DNA of 64,000 bases from Candidatus Gottesmanbacteria bacterium (GTDB lineage Bacteria; Patescibacteriota; Microgenomatia; UBA10105; UBA927): NCBI GenBank assembly GCA_963711735.1, contig CAVQFA010000003.1:146971-210970 (forward strand), read 5' to 3'. Position 1 is the stretch's first letter. Every line of letters starts with the position of its first letter. The position numbers and the translations under genes were made by a program. Below are positions 19,601 through 28,447 of the stretch, in pieces. The notes under the pieces were generated by a model. The model was not told where the DNA came from, made no database searches, and saw only the letters and a list, made by a program, of their open reading frames with translations.

Positions 19601-20155
19601 ATGAACACCGTCTTATTCGGAGGGGCTTTTAATCCGCCGCACAACGGGCATCTCGCAATCGCCCAACAGGTGCTGGACTATTTTCCGTGCGATGAGTTGT
19701 GGTTTCTCCCGAACTACGGTCAGTCGTTTGAAAAGTCGGTTGCGCCTCCGGAGGACCGCCTTGCGATGACGCGGTTTTTGGTGCTTCCGAAGACGAAAAT
19801 ATCAACGATAGAGACAGATAATAAACTGAACGGTCAGACAATTACTCTCCTTACTCATCTCCCGCGCGGAAACAAATACACGTTCCTTATCGGGTCGGAT
19901 CAGTTGCCGTTGTTTCATAAGTGGGGTAATTGGCAGGAGCTGGTAAAAAAACTTCAGTTTTTAGTTTTTCCGAGGTACGGGTTTCCGGTTGAACCTCTAT
20001 ATCCGAATATGACTGTGCTTCAAAACGAAAACCTGATGCTTCTGAATATATCATCAACAAAAATAAGAGCCCGCGTCAAAGAGGGTTTGCCGATTGACCT
20101 GTTTGTGCCTCAGGGAGTTAAGGAGTATATTGCAGAACATAACCTCTATAAATAA
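19601..20155 (+). CDS. nadD: nicotinate-nucleotide adenylyltransferase
   Basis: 'VLFGGAFNPPHNGHLAIAQ' matches the (H/T)xGH nucleotidyltransferase signature of NadD; 184 aa. Confidence 0.88.
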   Translation: MNTVLFGGAFNPPHNGHLAIAQQVLDYFPCDELWFLPNYGQSFEKSVAPPEDRLAMTRFLVLPKTKISTIETDNKLNGQTITLLTHLPRGNKYTFLIGSDQLPLFHKWGNWQELVKKLQFLVFPRYGFPVEPLYPNMTVLQNENLMLLNISSTKIRARVKEGLPIDLFVPQGVKEYIAEHNLYK

Positions 20156-20159
20156 ATGT

Positions 20160-20957
20160 ATGAAGCAAATTGATCCGGAAAAGGAAATAGCAAACATAGT
20201 ATCGTTTATTACAAACGCATTTCAAAAAGCCGGGTTTACACGGGGGGTTATCGGTGTTTCCGGCGGAGTGGATTCTGCTGTTTCACTTGCGCTTGCAATC
20301 CGCGCACTTGGCGCGGAGAATGTATTTCCCGTTTTGCTCCCTCACGGTTCCCTGTCTACCCGCTCTACACTGGATGCGATGGAACTTGTCGGTTCACTTG
20401 GCATACCCAGAAACAACATAACACGAATTGATATAGAGCCTGCCGTCCGTGAAATTTCCAAATCCGATCCGGGTATGGACAGACTCCGGCGCGGAAATAT
20501 CATGGCGCGTGTGAGGATGACGTGCCTCTTTGATCAGGCAAAAAAAAGAAACGCTCTTGTCGTCGGAACGGAAAACAAGTCCGAGCACATGCTTGGATAC
20601 TTCACGCGGTTTGGTGATGAGGCAAGCGACGTTGAGCCCTGTATTCATTTATATAAAACCCAAATCTACAACCTTGCCCGGGCACTGAAAATTTCTGAAA
20701 CAATTCTGAAAAAAACTCCTTCTGCAGACCTTTATTTCGAGCAGACCGACGAAAGTGAGCTTGGATTTACCTACAAAGATGCTGATGAAATCATGTATTT
20801 ACTGTACGACGAAAAGAAAACGGAAGCAGAAGTCGTGTTGCGCGGATTTAGCGATGGGGTCGTAAAAAAAGTCAAGCTCCGGACAGAACAAAACGCGTTC
20901 AAACACAACATGCCTATTTGTTATGTTCCGTCACTATATGAAAAAATTGTCGGATAA
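20160..20957 (+). CDS. nadE: NH3-dependent NAD+ synthetase
   Basis: PP-loop 'GVSGGVDSAVSLALAIRALG' and 'LVVGTENKSEHMLGYFTRFGD'. Start placed at the internal ATG after the nadD stop. Confidence 0.85.
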   Translation: MKQIDPEKEIANIVSFITNAFQKAGFTRGVIGVSGGVDSAVSLALAIRALGAENVFPVLLPHGSLSTRSTLDAMELVGSLGIPRNNITRIDIEPAVREISKSDPGMDRLRRGNIMARVRMTCLFDQAKKRNALVVGTENKSEHMLGYFTRFGDEASDVEPCIHLYKTQIYNLARALKISETILKKTPSADLYFEQTDESELGFTYKDADEIMYLLYDEKKTEAEVVLRGFSDGVVKKVKLRTEQNAFKHNMPICYVPSLYEKIVG

Positions 20958-21034
20958 ATAGTTTACCCAAAACAGACAAGCAGATTGCGCTAATAGGATC
21001 GAAGAGATACAATTATTTATAATATCTTTGGCGT

Positions 21035-24000
21035 ATGGCAAAATCTATGAGTGAACGGGAACCAACATATACACCGGTAGCAAAAACCATAGAACGCATA
21101 TTAGTGGCAATTGCTAAGCCTGAAAACGCTGAGAAGGTGAAAAAACTTCGAAAAGAAGAAGCCCTGAAAAAAGCACAACAAAGACAGAAAGAAATTTTCA
21201 GCCGTTTTAATAGGGAAAAAAACACGACAAACCCGGAACAAAAAGGAATAAAGGATTATGGGGAAGAGGAAATCAGAAAAGCAAAAGAGATAACGGAAGA
21301 ACTGAAAAGCAGCGGCCAGCACGCATCAAGCAATAAGTGGGTAAGAGAAAACAGATATGGAATTTCTTCAACTCCCGACACTCTTTCCACAGCCAAAATA
21401 CAACTCGAGACAGCGAGAAAAATTGCAGGACATGATAATAGTCCTCTCGGAAACATAAACCCCGAGGACCTGCAGCACAGCTCTGTGGCGGCGTATGCGC
21501 TGGCAGAATGGTCCATGCTTCCTCCTGAATTGCGTAAAAATCCGAACGTCGCGCTTACACAGGCAGCCCGTCTGGCAGCCTCCGTTAACGCAGATATGAG
21601 CGTTGAGGAACTCAACGAAATCAGGAGGGTATTGAACGCCTTTAAAAGTGAAATACGCACGCTCCGCGATGACCCTGATCGCAAAGACGGATTTAACATT
21701 GAGGACCGGAAACTAGACAATATTCTTTCCGAAATGGTCGGAGGTATTGTGACGGACGACAAATTTGTCCTTTTTGATCCCGCAACAGAATTTACCGGAA
21801 CGCTTTCACTGGATCAATCAAATTTAAAAACCCTACTTCAGGATTATAATATACAATTAGACATTTTGGATCCAAACGATGACGAAGCCATAAAATTATT
21901 AGAAAAATTCAGACTAGAGCTTGCTGGAGGAACATACAGAAAGATAGATACAGACCCAAAAAACAAAAGCGGAACCCGAACTGTTCCCATTGACAGAGAT
22001 AAAGCAAGACCCTACATTGATAAGCTTAAAACAAAAATCGAAGAATTACAGGAAAAACAAAAAATAATGCGCCAGGAGCAGTATATCCAAGAAAGGGAAG
22101 CGCAGGAGAGCCAGATGTGGTTAAAACCAAGCGAGGAACTGCATTTCGGAGAGAATCCGGAGGAAGTGTTGGAAGGGTGGATGCGGCGAATATACGCAGA
22201 AAGATCCATGGGAACAGAAGACGTGGCAAATATGAGACTTAGACTGTTCCAATCATTTCTTGTTGGCGATACATGGAAAGCTCTCTATATTAAATTCCAT
22301 CCTGCTGAATTTCCTAAGGGAATGTCGCAGGCAAGGATAGATTCACACATTGAGAGCGTGAGGGAAAGATTGTTTGAATTTACAGAGAAATCAATGATGC
22401 TGAAATTTGCGGCATCATCCATTTGGGATGGGAGTAAAAATTTTGAACAGGCAGTTAACGTTTTACGGAGAGTAGGATCCCGCGGTTGGGAGATTGTATA
22501 TATGGGTAATAACGGTATGAACGGGAAAGCATACGAGATACTTGAAGAAGAACTGTCAATAGTAACAACCAATCCAAAACCGGGAGAAATGCCCCTCCGT
22601 TTATCTTCGGAACTTCTGGAGCGTGCGCTACAAAACACACGCAATCGTATTGAACGGAACAAAACGCAGTATAAAGAAATATTCGGTAAAAAAGTTACCA
22701 CCGAAGACATCAACCATTTTGTCCGTGCGGGTGAGGTGCTTGCCGACGTCAGGCAGAAAGTCGTTCTTGCTGTTATGCGCGGCAGGGGCCCCGGGGAGAG
22801 ACCGCTGTCTGACATAGAGCCTCCTTCATCATCATTTAGAAGCACCAGCTACGCGGAAAATATCGCCGCTGTTATGGACTGGTACCGGTATGGACCGGAA
22901 AAATGGGGATATTTAACTGAGGGGGCCAAACGCGAACTTGAGTTTTCCTGCGAATTCATGGGAACAATCAGCGGGTTTGACAGCACAGTTGATTTAGAGA
23001 TAGCAAAACTGCGCGCCGACGGATCGTATCGCACCGAACGGGATAAAACATTGAAAGAGCGGTGGGGTGAACACTATGAGAATTGGAAAGAGACGAAACA
23101 CATAGATATGCACCTCGCATCATTTGTAGCAGGAACAGGATTATCCGGTGAAATCGCAGATCAGGAATACCGCCGGTTGCTCATGGTCGGGTATGGCAAA
23201 AAACGGCTCGGAGAACTCCTTGAAATGTATGATGTAGATTCCAGTGGTTGGCGCATAGCAATGGTCCTCCAGGAAAACGTACGGTTTTTCAAGGACGCGG
23301 ACACTCGGGCGCTGGGTTACTGGCTCAGATACGCAGGTAACGACTTTTTACGGGCTGAGGCAGGAGAAGCAGATGATGTTTTCCGAAACGGCGCTCACAA
23401 TGCCCAAAAACAATTAGATGAAGTACGGTTTATAGAAAACGGAGTAACGCTTAAAGCCGAGTGGAATGATGATTTCAGCGTATATAACGTTCTGAAACGT
23501 ATCGGAAAATATGAAAGTCACTGGAACGGATTATGGTTATATGAGAAGGGAAACGAAGAGTTTGTTAACTGGTGGAACAGTGCACCTGTTCAGGAGGCAG
23601 CGCGGAAGCTGACGGGATTAGCGGGTGACGTGGATTATATTCAGGCATACCGGTCAGCTATAGAAAAACATTCGTTGATTATAGGTATAGGTGATAAAAC
23701 AAGTCTTCCTGTTGTCGATTATTCCGAAGGAATTGCCGGTTTAACTCCGGAACAAAAACGGGCAGTATCAAAGGCGTTCGGATGCAGCGTTAACCAGGTT
23801 GATACAAATCAGGCAGTACAGAACCACTTTTCATTTATGGGCGAGCTTTCCAAACAAGTGCTGAAAGACGAAGAACTTATGGCATTTAAAGACCCCCGGT
23901 ACCGCCAGTATTTCAAACGGACGCAATTTACCGGAGACGCGCGTCTCGGGATGATAGAGGACCTTGAACGTTTGCCGGAAGGAGCACCGGGAAGCACGGT

Positions 24001-24685
24001 CCGTACCGGCGCAAAAGCAAAATCCGAAGCAGAGGCAAAAATAAAACGGTATTCTACAATAAGTACCGCAGAGGGAGAGGGAAGCACGGATCAGATGGTT
24101 CGGGCTTGGAACGACCTATCTACGTTTGGCATGCAGCTGCCGATTTTGTTAAAAAGTATTTACGAAGCCACAAACGAAAAAACGTTACTTGAGGGTTTAA
24201 CTAAACTTGTGGGTACTGAAGAACCGTATGCCGGAAAACAGGATGCACTCCTGGCATCAACTGCAATTCTTGCAGGATACGGCCGGATGGGAAAAGTAGA
24301 GAGTTTTTGGGTCGATTTGTGGGGAATGGATAATCTGCCCTGGACAACAGAATCAAAAAGGTATCTGGGAGATATGGGGATGGTTTTACAGCATAGAGAC
24401 CTACACCAATTGAAGGAAAAGTGGGAGCTTATACAATCCCGGCTCGAACTTTATCCTGAGTTGAAACCGGTAGTTGAAGCACTTGATGGGTATTGGGGTT
24501 CGTCCTGGAAACGATTGGATGGCGTACGGAAGGGGCTTCCTTTTATGAAAGATGAAGTATTCTGGTTGATGCAGAGTAAAAACGCCGTATTCATCGGAGC
24601 CGGCATTCTCATTGCTTTACTTGGAAAAGAAGCATTTAGTTCTATGGGCGCTTCAACCAGCGGGGGCGAATCCCATCATTCTTAG
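21035..24685 (+). CDS. giant (1216 aa) Lys/Glu-rich hypothetical protein with C-terminal TM anchor
   Basis: Continuous 3.65-kb ORF. No signal peptide; C-terminal hydrophobic 'VFIGAGILIALLG'. No recognisable catalytic motif. Confidence 0.6.
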   Translation: MAKSMSEREPTYTPVAKTIERILVAIAKPENAEKVKKLRKEEALKKAQQRQKEIFSRFNREKNTTNPEQKGIKDYGEEEIRKAKEITEELKSSGQHASSNKWVRENRYGISSTPDTLSTAKIQLETARKIAGHDNSPLGNINPEDLQHSSVAAYALAEWSMLPPELRKNPNVALTQAARLAASVNADMSVEELNEIRRVLNAFKSEIRTLRDDPDRKDGFNIEDRKLDNILSEMVGGIVTDDKFVLFDPATEFTGTLSLDQSNLKTLLQDYNIQLDILDPNDDEAIKLLEKFRLELAGGTYRKIDTDPKNKSGTRTVPIDRDKARPYIDKLKTKIEELQEKQKIMRQEQYIQEREAQESQMWLKPSEELHFGENPEEVLEGWMRRIYAERSMGTEDVANMRLRLFQSFLVGDTWKALYIKFHPAEFPKGMSQARIDSHIESVRERLFEFTEKSMMLKFAASSIWDGSKNFEQAVNVLRRVGSRGWEIVYMGNNGMNGKAYEILEEELSIVTTNPKPGEMPLRLSSELLERALQNTRNRIERNKTQYKEIFGKKVTTEDINHFVRAGEVLADVRQKVVLAVMRGRGPGERPLSDIEPPSSSFRSTSYAENIAAVMDWYRYGPEKWGYLTEGAKRELEFSCEFMGTISGFDSTVDLEIAKLRADGSYRTERDKTLKERWGEHYENWKETKHIDMHLASFVAGTGLSGEIADQEYRRLLMVGYGKKRLGELLEMYDVDSSGWRIAMVLQENVRFFKDADTRALGYWLRYAGNDFLRAEAGEADDVFRNGAHNAQKQLDEVRFIENGVTLKAEWNDDFSVYNVLKRIGKYESHWNGLWLYEKGNEEFVNWWNSAPVQEAARKLTGLAGDVDYIQAYRSAIEKHSLIIGIGDKTSLPVVDYSEGIAGLTPEQKRAVSKAFGCSVNQVDTNQAVQNHFSFMGELSKQVLKDEELMAFKDPRYRQYFKRTQFTGDARLGMIEDLERLPEGAPGSTVRTGAKAKSEAEAKIKRYSTISTAEGEGSTDQMVRAWNDLSTFGMQLPILLKSIYEATNEKTLLEGLTKLVGTEEPYAGKQDALLASTAILAGYGRMGKVESFWVDLWGMDNLPWTTESKRYLGDMGMVLQHRDLHQLKEKWELIQSRLELYPELKPVVEALDGYWGSSWKRLDGVRKGLPFMKDEVFWLMQSKNAVFIGAGILIALLGKEAFSSMGASTSGGESHHS

Positions 24686-24702
24686 TAAATTCCTGTCAGT
24701 TT

Positions 24703-25212
24703 TTAACCTCCGTGTTGCTCTTGCTGTTCTCCGGCTTGTTTTGGTTGAGGTGGTGCAAGCTTAGGCCCTTTCAGATTTTTCAGGTAATACGCAGTTGATG
24801 CAAGCTGCATAACCGTTTGATAGGATGATCCTGCGGCTTGTCCAAGCGCTGCTCCGACCGGTACAACCTGTTTTGCTTTCAGACTTTCTTTGAATGCATT
24901 TATAAACTGCGGTATGAGTACAAGTACTGCGATAGAAAACAGGCTTGTAATTGTGTCAGGCGCCACTCCGTTGCCCATAAACAGAGGTGGAGCCCAAAGA
25001 GTTTGATTTTTTCCTCCGATAGAAGCAGAAGAAACTTGGGCCGTAAGTCCGTATGATATAAGCAGTGTGCCGGCGGTTATGGGAAACGCCATGAGGTTTC
25101 CGACAAGTCCGCGTATCCATCCTCCAAACGCGTTATTTCCCGGAATGGCACCGAAGAGAAGCTGTATAGGACCCAGCAGAAGTCCAAGTATGATTTGTAC
25201 GTAACACCCCAA
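24703..25212 (-). CDS. VirB6/TrbL-like protein, C-terminal portion (different frame; probable continuation of 25077..25973)
   Basis: Further TM helices and a Gln/Pro-rich tail 'PPQPKQAGEQQEQHGG', typical of TrbL C-termini. Overlaps the upstream ORF by 136 nt. Confidence 0.5.
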   Translation of the reverse strand: MGCYVQIILGLLLGPIQLLFGAIPGNNAFGGWIRGLVGNLMAFPITAGTLLISYGLTAQVSSASIGGKNQTLWAPPLFMGNGVAPDTITSLFSIAVLVLIPQFINAFKESLKAKQVVPVGAALGQAAGSSYQTVMQLASTAYYLKNLKGPKLAPPQPKQAGEQQEQHGG

Positions 25213-25973
25213 CAGCGTGAAAAAAATGCGGACGTCACAAACAGAAGGAAAATCGCTAAAAGAAAAAGGATTATAAGCGAAATCCCGCCAACACCAACCA
25301 GCGCAGCCACTGCGAGAAAAGGGACAATGGGCGCTGTTATTCCCAGACCCAACAGTATTACTCCCGCCGCAAGAGTCGATACTCCGCCGGCTACAATTGT
25401 AGGTCCTGGCCCAACCACATCTATGAGCATTCCAAACAGGCTACCGGCTCCGAGCGGAAATAATAAATCTATTCCATCCTTTAGCTTGGCACCGAGGAAC
25501 GCATTGATGACATCGGGTGTCACCTGGATAATTCCTGACTGACCAAAAAGTCCGATTACCAGAAGAATGAGAAGATACATTATATCAATGAGTATCGCAA
25601 CAATTGCATAAGAGAATGTGATGAGAAGAAGCGTCACGACTATTTTAGGCAGGGAATTTTGGACTGTAATTACCGTTTTAGGATCTATTTTTTTCCGAAA
25701 CATGATCATAAACCCAATAATAATCATGACGACAGCAGGAATGGCATACGATATATTTCTGAACACTTTCCACATAGGGAGAAGCGGAGCCAATCCGGCA
25801 AACCCGATTCCCTGAGCGTATGTTTGTTTGGGAATAAACCCGAGCGATTGTCCTGTGTCGTTTATAAAAGCGCTATGTGGACGCTGGAGGGCTTTGATAC
25901 ATTGGATAATTGAGTTTGTGAACCCCAACAAAGCACCGCTTTTTTTTTCACCCGTTCTGCATATTCGGATCAT
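25077..25973 (-). CDS. VirB6/TrbL-like polytopic membrane protein, N-terminal portion
   Basis: Multiple TM helices: 'AIPAVVMIIIGFMIMF', 'IVVTLLLITFSYAIVAILIDIMYLLILLVIGLF', 'GGVSTLAAGVILLGLGITAPIVPFLAVAALVGVGGISLIILFLLAIFLLF'. Confidence 0.55.
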   Translation of the reverse strand: MIRICRTGEKKSGALLGFTNSIIQCIKALQRPHSAFINDTGQSLGFIPKQTYAQGIGFAGLAPLLPMWKVFRNISYAIPAVVMIIIGFMIMFRKKIDPKTVITVQNSLPKIVVTLLLITFSYAIVAILIDIMYLLILLVIGLFGQSGIIQVTPDVINAFLGAKLKDGIDLLFPLGAGSLFGMLIDVVGPGPTIVAGGVSTLAAGVILLGLGITAPIVPFLAVAALVGVGGISLIILFLLAIFLLFVTSAFFSRCWGVTYKSYLDFCWVLYSFSSVPFREITRLEDGYADLSETSWRFP

Positions 25974-26295
25974 TTTTATACGTGCCTTCGGGAACAGTTA
26001 CACCTTCAACAGCGCCAAAATTTGTTCTGTAATGACGTTCATGATTATCAAGACTAGCGGAAAAAATGTATGACGATTTGTTTACGTTGCCGGTTTGGTC
26101 AGTAGCCTGCCTCCCTTGAGGGTAGCTCGTAGTCCAGTCGTTGGATTGTGCAAAGATCCGTGGTGAATGGACGGCAAACAATCCAATGAAAATAAGCATA
26201 ACCGCAACGGCCGTCTGTCGGAGGAAACATAAGCGACGCAATCTGTCAAAGGTATTCATATATGTATTATCCCAAAAACGTATAAGCGAAATCAA
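25948..26295 (-). CDS. small secreted hypothetical protein
   Basis: Signal peptide 'AVAVMLIFIGLFAVHSPRIFAQS'. Lies between the pilin array and the VirB6-like gene. Confidence 0.45.
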   Translation of the reverse strand: MISLIRFWDNTYMNTFDRLRRLCFLRQTAVAVMLIFIGLFAVHSPRIFAQSNDWTTSYPQGRQATDQTGNVNKSSYIFSASLDNHERHYRTNFGAVEGVTVPEGTYKNDPNMQNG

Positions 26296-26304
26296 GAAAA
26301 CTTT

Positions 26305-26625
26305 TCATGGTATTATCGTAATTGAAAATTTCGTTACGTCAACACCCGTGAATTCTTTGATAAGAAGAAGGATGAGATACGCAACTGCTATAATCACAAG
26401 CCCGATGATTGCTCCGGTTATCGTACCTTTTGCCTTTTCAAGCTTTTTCTGGTCGCCTCCCGCAAAGAGGAAGTTGAACCCTCCCATGACGAGCATGAGA
26501 AACAGTCCGATACCCGCAATGGCGATAATAAAACGGAGAACGTTTTCAAAAAGCGGCTCGAGACACGCAATCTGCGCCACATCATCGCCATTTGGAAGAC
26601 AACTACTCCAGTCAACAAACGCCAT
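26305..26625 (-). CDS. VirB2/TrbC-like T4SS pilin paralog 1
   Basis: Two hydrophobic helices flank the family motif 'MGGFNFLFAGGDQKKLEKAKGTITGAIIGLVIIAVAYLIL'. Own promoter and an upstream terminator. Confidence 0.7.
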   Translation of the reverse strand: MAFVDWSSCLPNGDDVAQIACLEPLFENVLRFIIAIAGIGLFLMLVMGGFNFLFAGGDQKKLEKAKGTITGAIIGLVIIAVAYLILLLIKEFTGVDVTKFSITIIP

Positions 26626-26704
26626 ATATTCTCATTATCACCCAGAAAATATATTTATACAAGAACACGGTAGGGTACATAATGTAGAGAATGCCACCAA
26701 AAAC

Positions 26705-26733
26705 CCCGCTTTTGGCGGGGTTTATCGAAATTC
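26705..26733 (-). terminator. Rho-independent terminator after pilin gene 2
   Basis: 'aaaaaCCCCGCttttgGCGGGGttt' is a GC hairpin flanked by T/A runs on both strands. Confidence 0.55.
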
Positions 26734-26741
26734 ACAAAAAA

Positions 26742-27116
26742 TTATGGTGTATACGGAAGAGGTATCTTTACTCCTGATCCCAAAAGCGTAATACCAAGGA
26801 ATTGCTGTACCAGCATCATGATTGCCCACGCTGCTCCGACAATAATAAGTCCGACAACTGCATGCGTGATTTTGTTGCGTGCTGCCTCCATACCGGACTT
26901 GTCGCCGCCCGCGGTGATCCATTGAATTCCGCCGAGAATGAGATAAAGAAACGCAAGAAGCGCAGCTATGATCATAAGCAAACCGACAGCGGCTCCGATA
27001 AGCTCACCCAGACTTGTGATCTTAATAAGTTCCGTGTTTCTGGTAACTGCTATTGTGCTGGGATCGTCCTGTGCATATATAACTGGTGCTAAGAAATTCA
27101 TACGTTCCTCCTTCAA
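26742..27116 (-). CDS. VirB2/TrbC-like T4SS pilin paralog 2
   Basis: 'LILGGIQWITAGGDKSGMEAARNKITHAVVGLIIVGAAWAIMMLV'. Confidence 0.7.
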   Translation of the reverse strand: MKEERMNFLAPVIYAQDDPSTIAVTRNTELIKITSLGELIGAAVGLLMIIAALLAFLYLILGGIQWITAGGDKSGMEAARNKITHAVVGLIIVGAAWAIMMLVQQFLGITLLGSGVKIPLPYTP

Positions 27117-27207
27117 TGTATACTATAGTTGATTATATCGTACCTCTAATTGTGTCGCAACTCTTCCTACTTTGTCAATACACGCAATATGAGATCAGGT
27201 GTACACA

Positions 27208-27627
27208 TCAGCACGGTTGTCCCGGTGCGCACGTTGGGGCGGGTACTCCCCCGGGTCCGACATTTGATGGAGAAAGAACGCTGGGAAAAGGAATGTTCGG
27301 GAAAGAAATTCCAAAAAATGTGCCAAGAAAAAGCATAATTGCCCAGACGGATCCCACAATGAGAAGGCCGACAATTGCATGCGTTATTTTATTCCGTGCA
27401 TCCTCTAGCTTCGCTTTGTCTCCGCTTGCTGTAATCCATGATATACCGCCAAGAAGGAGATATACGAGGGCAAAAATGAACGAGAATATAAAAAACGCAG
27501 CAATAAAAGCACCCAATAAAGATCCAAAAACTAAACCTCCGGTTGTATATTCACCCGGATTTCCGCTTCCGCCCAAAAACGAAGGTAAAACAGGATTTTT
27601 CAGTTGTGCTAAAAGATGTGTGCTCAT
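27208..27627 (-). CDS. VirB2/TrbC-like T4SS pilin paralog 3
   Basis: 'LLLGGISWITASGDKAKLEDARNKITHAIVGLLIVGSVWAIMLFL'. Confidence 0.7.
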   Translation of the reverse strand: MSTHLLAQLKNPVLPSFLGGSGNPGEYTTGGLVFGSLLGAFIAAFFIFSFIFALVYLLLGGISWITASGDKAKLEDARNKITHAIVGLLIVGSVWAIMLFLGTFFGISFPNIPFPSVLSPSNVGPGGVPAPTCAPGQPC

Positions 27628-27630
27628 ATA

Positions 27631-28065
27631 TTATGGTGTTCCTCCGCTTCCGGGCAGCTCAAGCTGTTGTATTACCGTTGCCGGATCTATAAGCGTGTCA
27701 AACCCGAAGAACATCCCGACAAGCGCGAGTATCGCCCAACCCGCAATAACGATGACAAGACCGATAAACGCGTTCGTTATTCTGTCTCTTGCCTGTTGGA
27801 GTTTTCCCTTGTCTCCGCCTGAGGTAAGCCAGTTCAAGCCTCCCACAAGGAACTGGAAGATAAACCAGATAAGTGCAGCAATTGTCATGATGCCGATGAT
27901 GGATGATACGACCTGAGTGACTTTGGTAAGTGCACTGACCGCACCGGCACTTCCTCTGCCTATAACATCGGACCCGATGTTTCCAAACGGACCTAACCCC
28001 CCTCCGCCAATCGTTCCGAGGTCAGTGCCAACAGGATCTGCTGCATAAATGTGTTCTGATATCAT
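27631..28065 (-). CDS. VirB2/TrbC-like T4SS pilin paralog 4
   Basis: 'FLVGGLNWLTSGGDKGKLQQARDRITNAFIGLVIVIAGWAILALV'. The gap to paralog 3 is 3 nt. Confidence 0.7.
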   Translation of the reverse strand: MISEHIYAADPVGTDLGTIGGGGLGPFGNIGSDVIGRGSAGAVSALTKVTQVVSSIIGIMTIAALIWFIFQFLVGGLNWLTSGGDKGKLQQARDRITNAFIGLVIVIAGWAILALVGMFFGFDTLIDPATVIQQLELPGSGGTP

Positions 28066-28068
28066 AAA

Positions 28069-28437
28069 TTAGTTACCCGGACCATATATTTTCGGATTCA
28101 GCATGAATCCGGGATCTCCGAATATCAGGTATCCGAAAAGTGCTGCCAGCACAAATGATCCGATGAGAATGACAAGTCCGATAAGCGACTGCCAGATTCT
28201 CGCCCAGGCAGCAGTGAGCGCCTTTGCATCACCTGCCGCCGTCATATACTGATATCCGGCTATTATAATATTAAAAAAAGCAAACGCCCCCGTCACGGAA
28301 AATATAAGGCGGAGAACGTTAGTCAGAAGCGCAATGATACCCGTGTTATAAGAGCCATACGACGCGTTCATGGGGTTTGTAACAGTGCCGATAACTGATG
28401 ATGCGTCTGCAAGCACTTGTATATAATTCATAGACAA
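28069..28437 (-). CDS. VirB2/TrbC-like T4SS pilin paralog 5 (more divergent)
   Basis: 'IIAGYQYMTAAGDAKALTAAWARIWQSLIGLVILIGSFVLAALFG'. Confidence 0.65.
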   Translation of the reverse strand: MSMNYIQVLADASSVIGTVTNPMNASYGSYNTGIIALLTNVLRLIFSVTGAFAFFNIIIAGYQYMTAAGDAKALTAAWARIWQSLIGLVILIGSFVLAALFGYLIFGDPGFMLNPKIYGPGN

Positions 28438-28447
28438 TAAATATGTA

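Noticed and set aside
21256-22845. Minus-strand ORFs of 168-186 aa inside the 1216-aa gene
   Set aside because: They are shadow ORFs of a single continuous 3.65-kb plus-strand frame. Their Ser/Leu-rich composition mirrors the Lys/Glu-rich sense strand.
27086-27916. 276-aa ORF on the plus strand across pilin genes 2-4
   Set aside because: It is antisense to four well-supported pilin genes. Its Pro/Arg-rich low-complexity product is typical of shadow ORFs opposite Ala/Gly-rich coding sequence.
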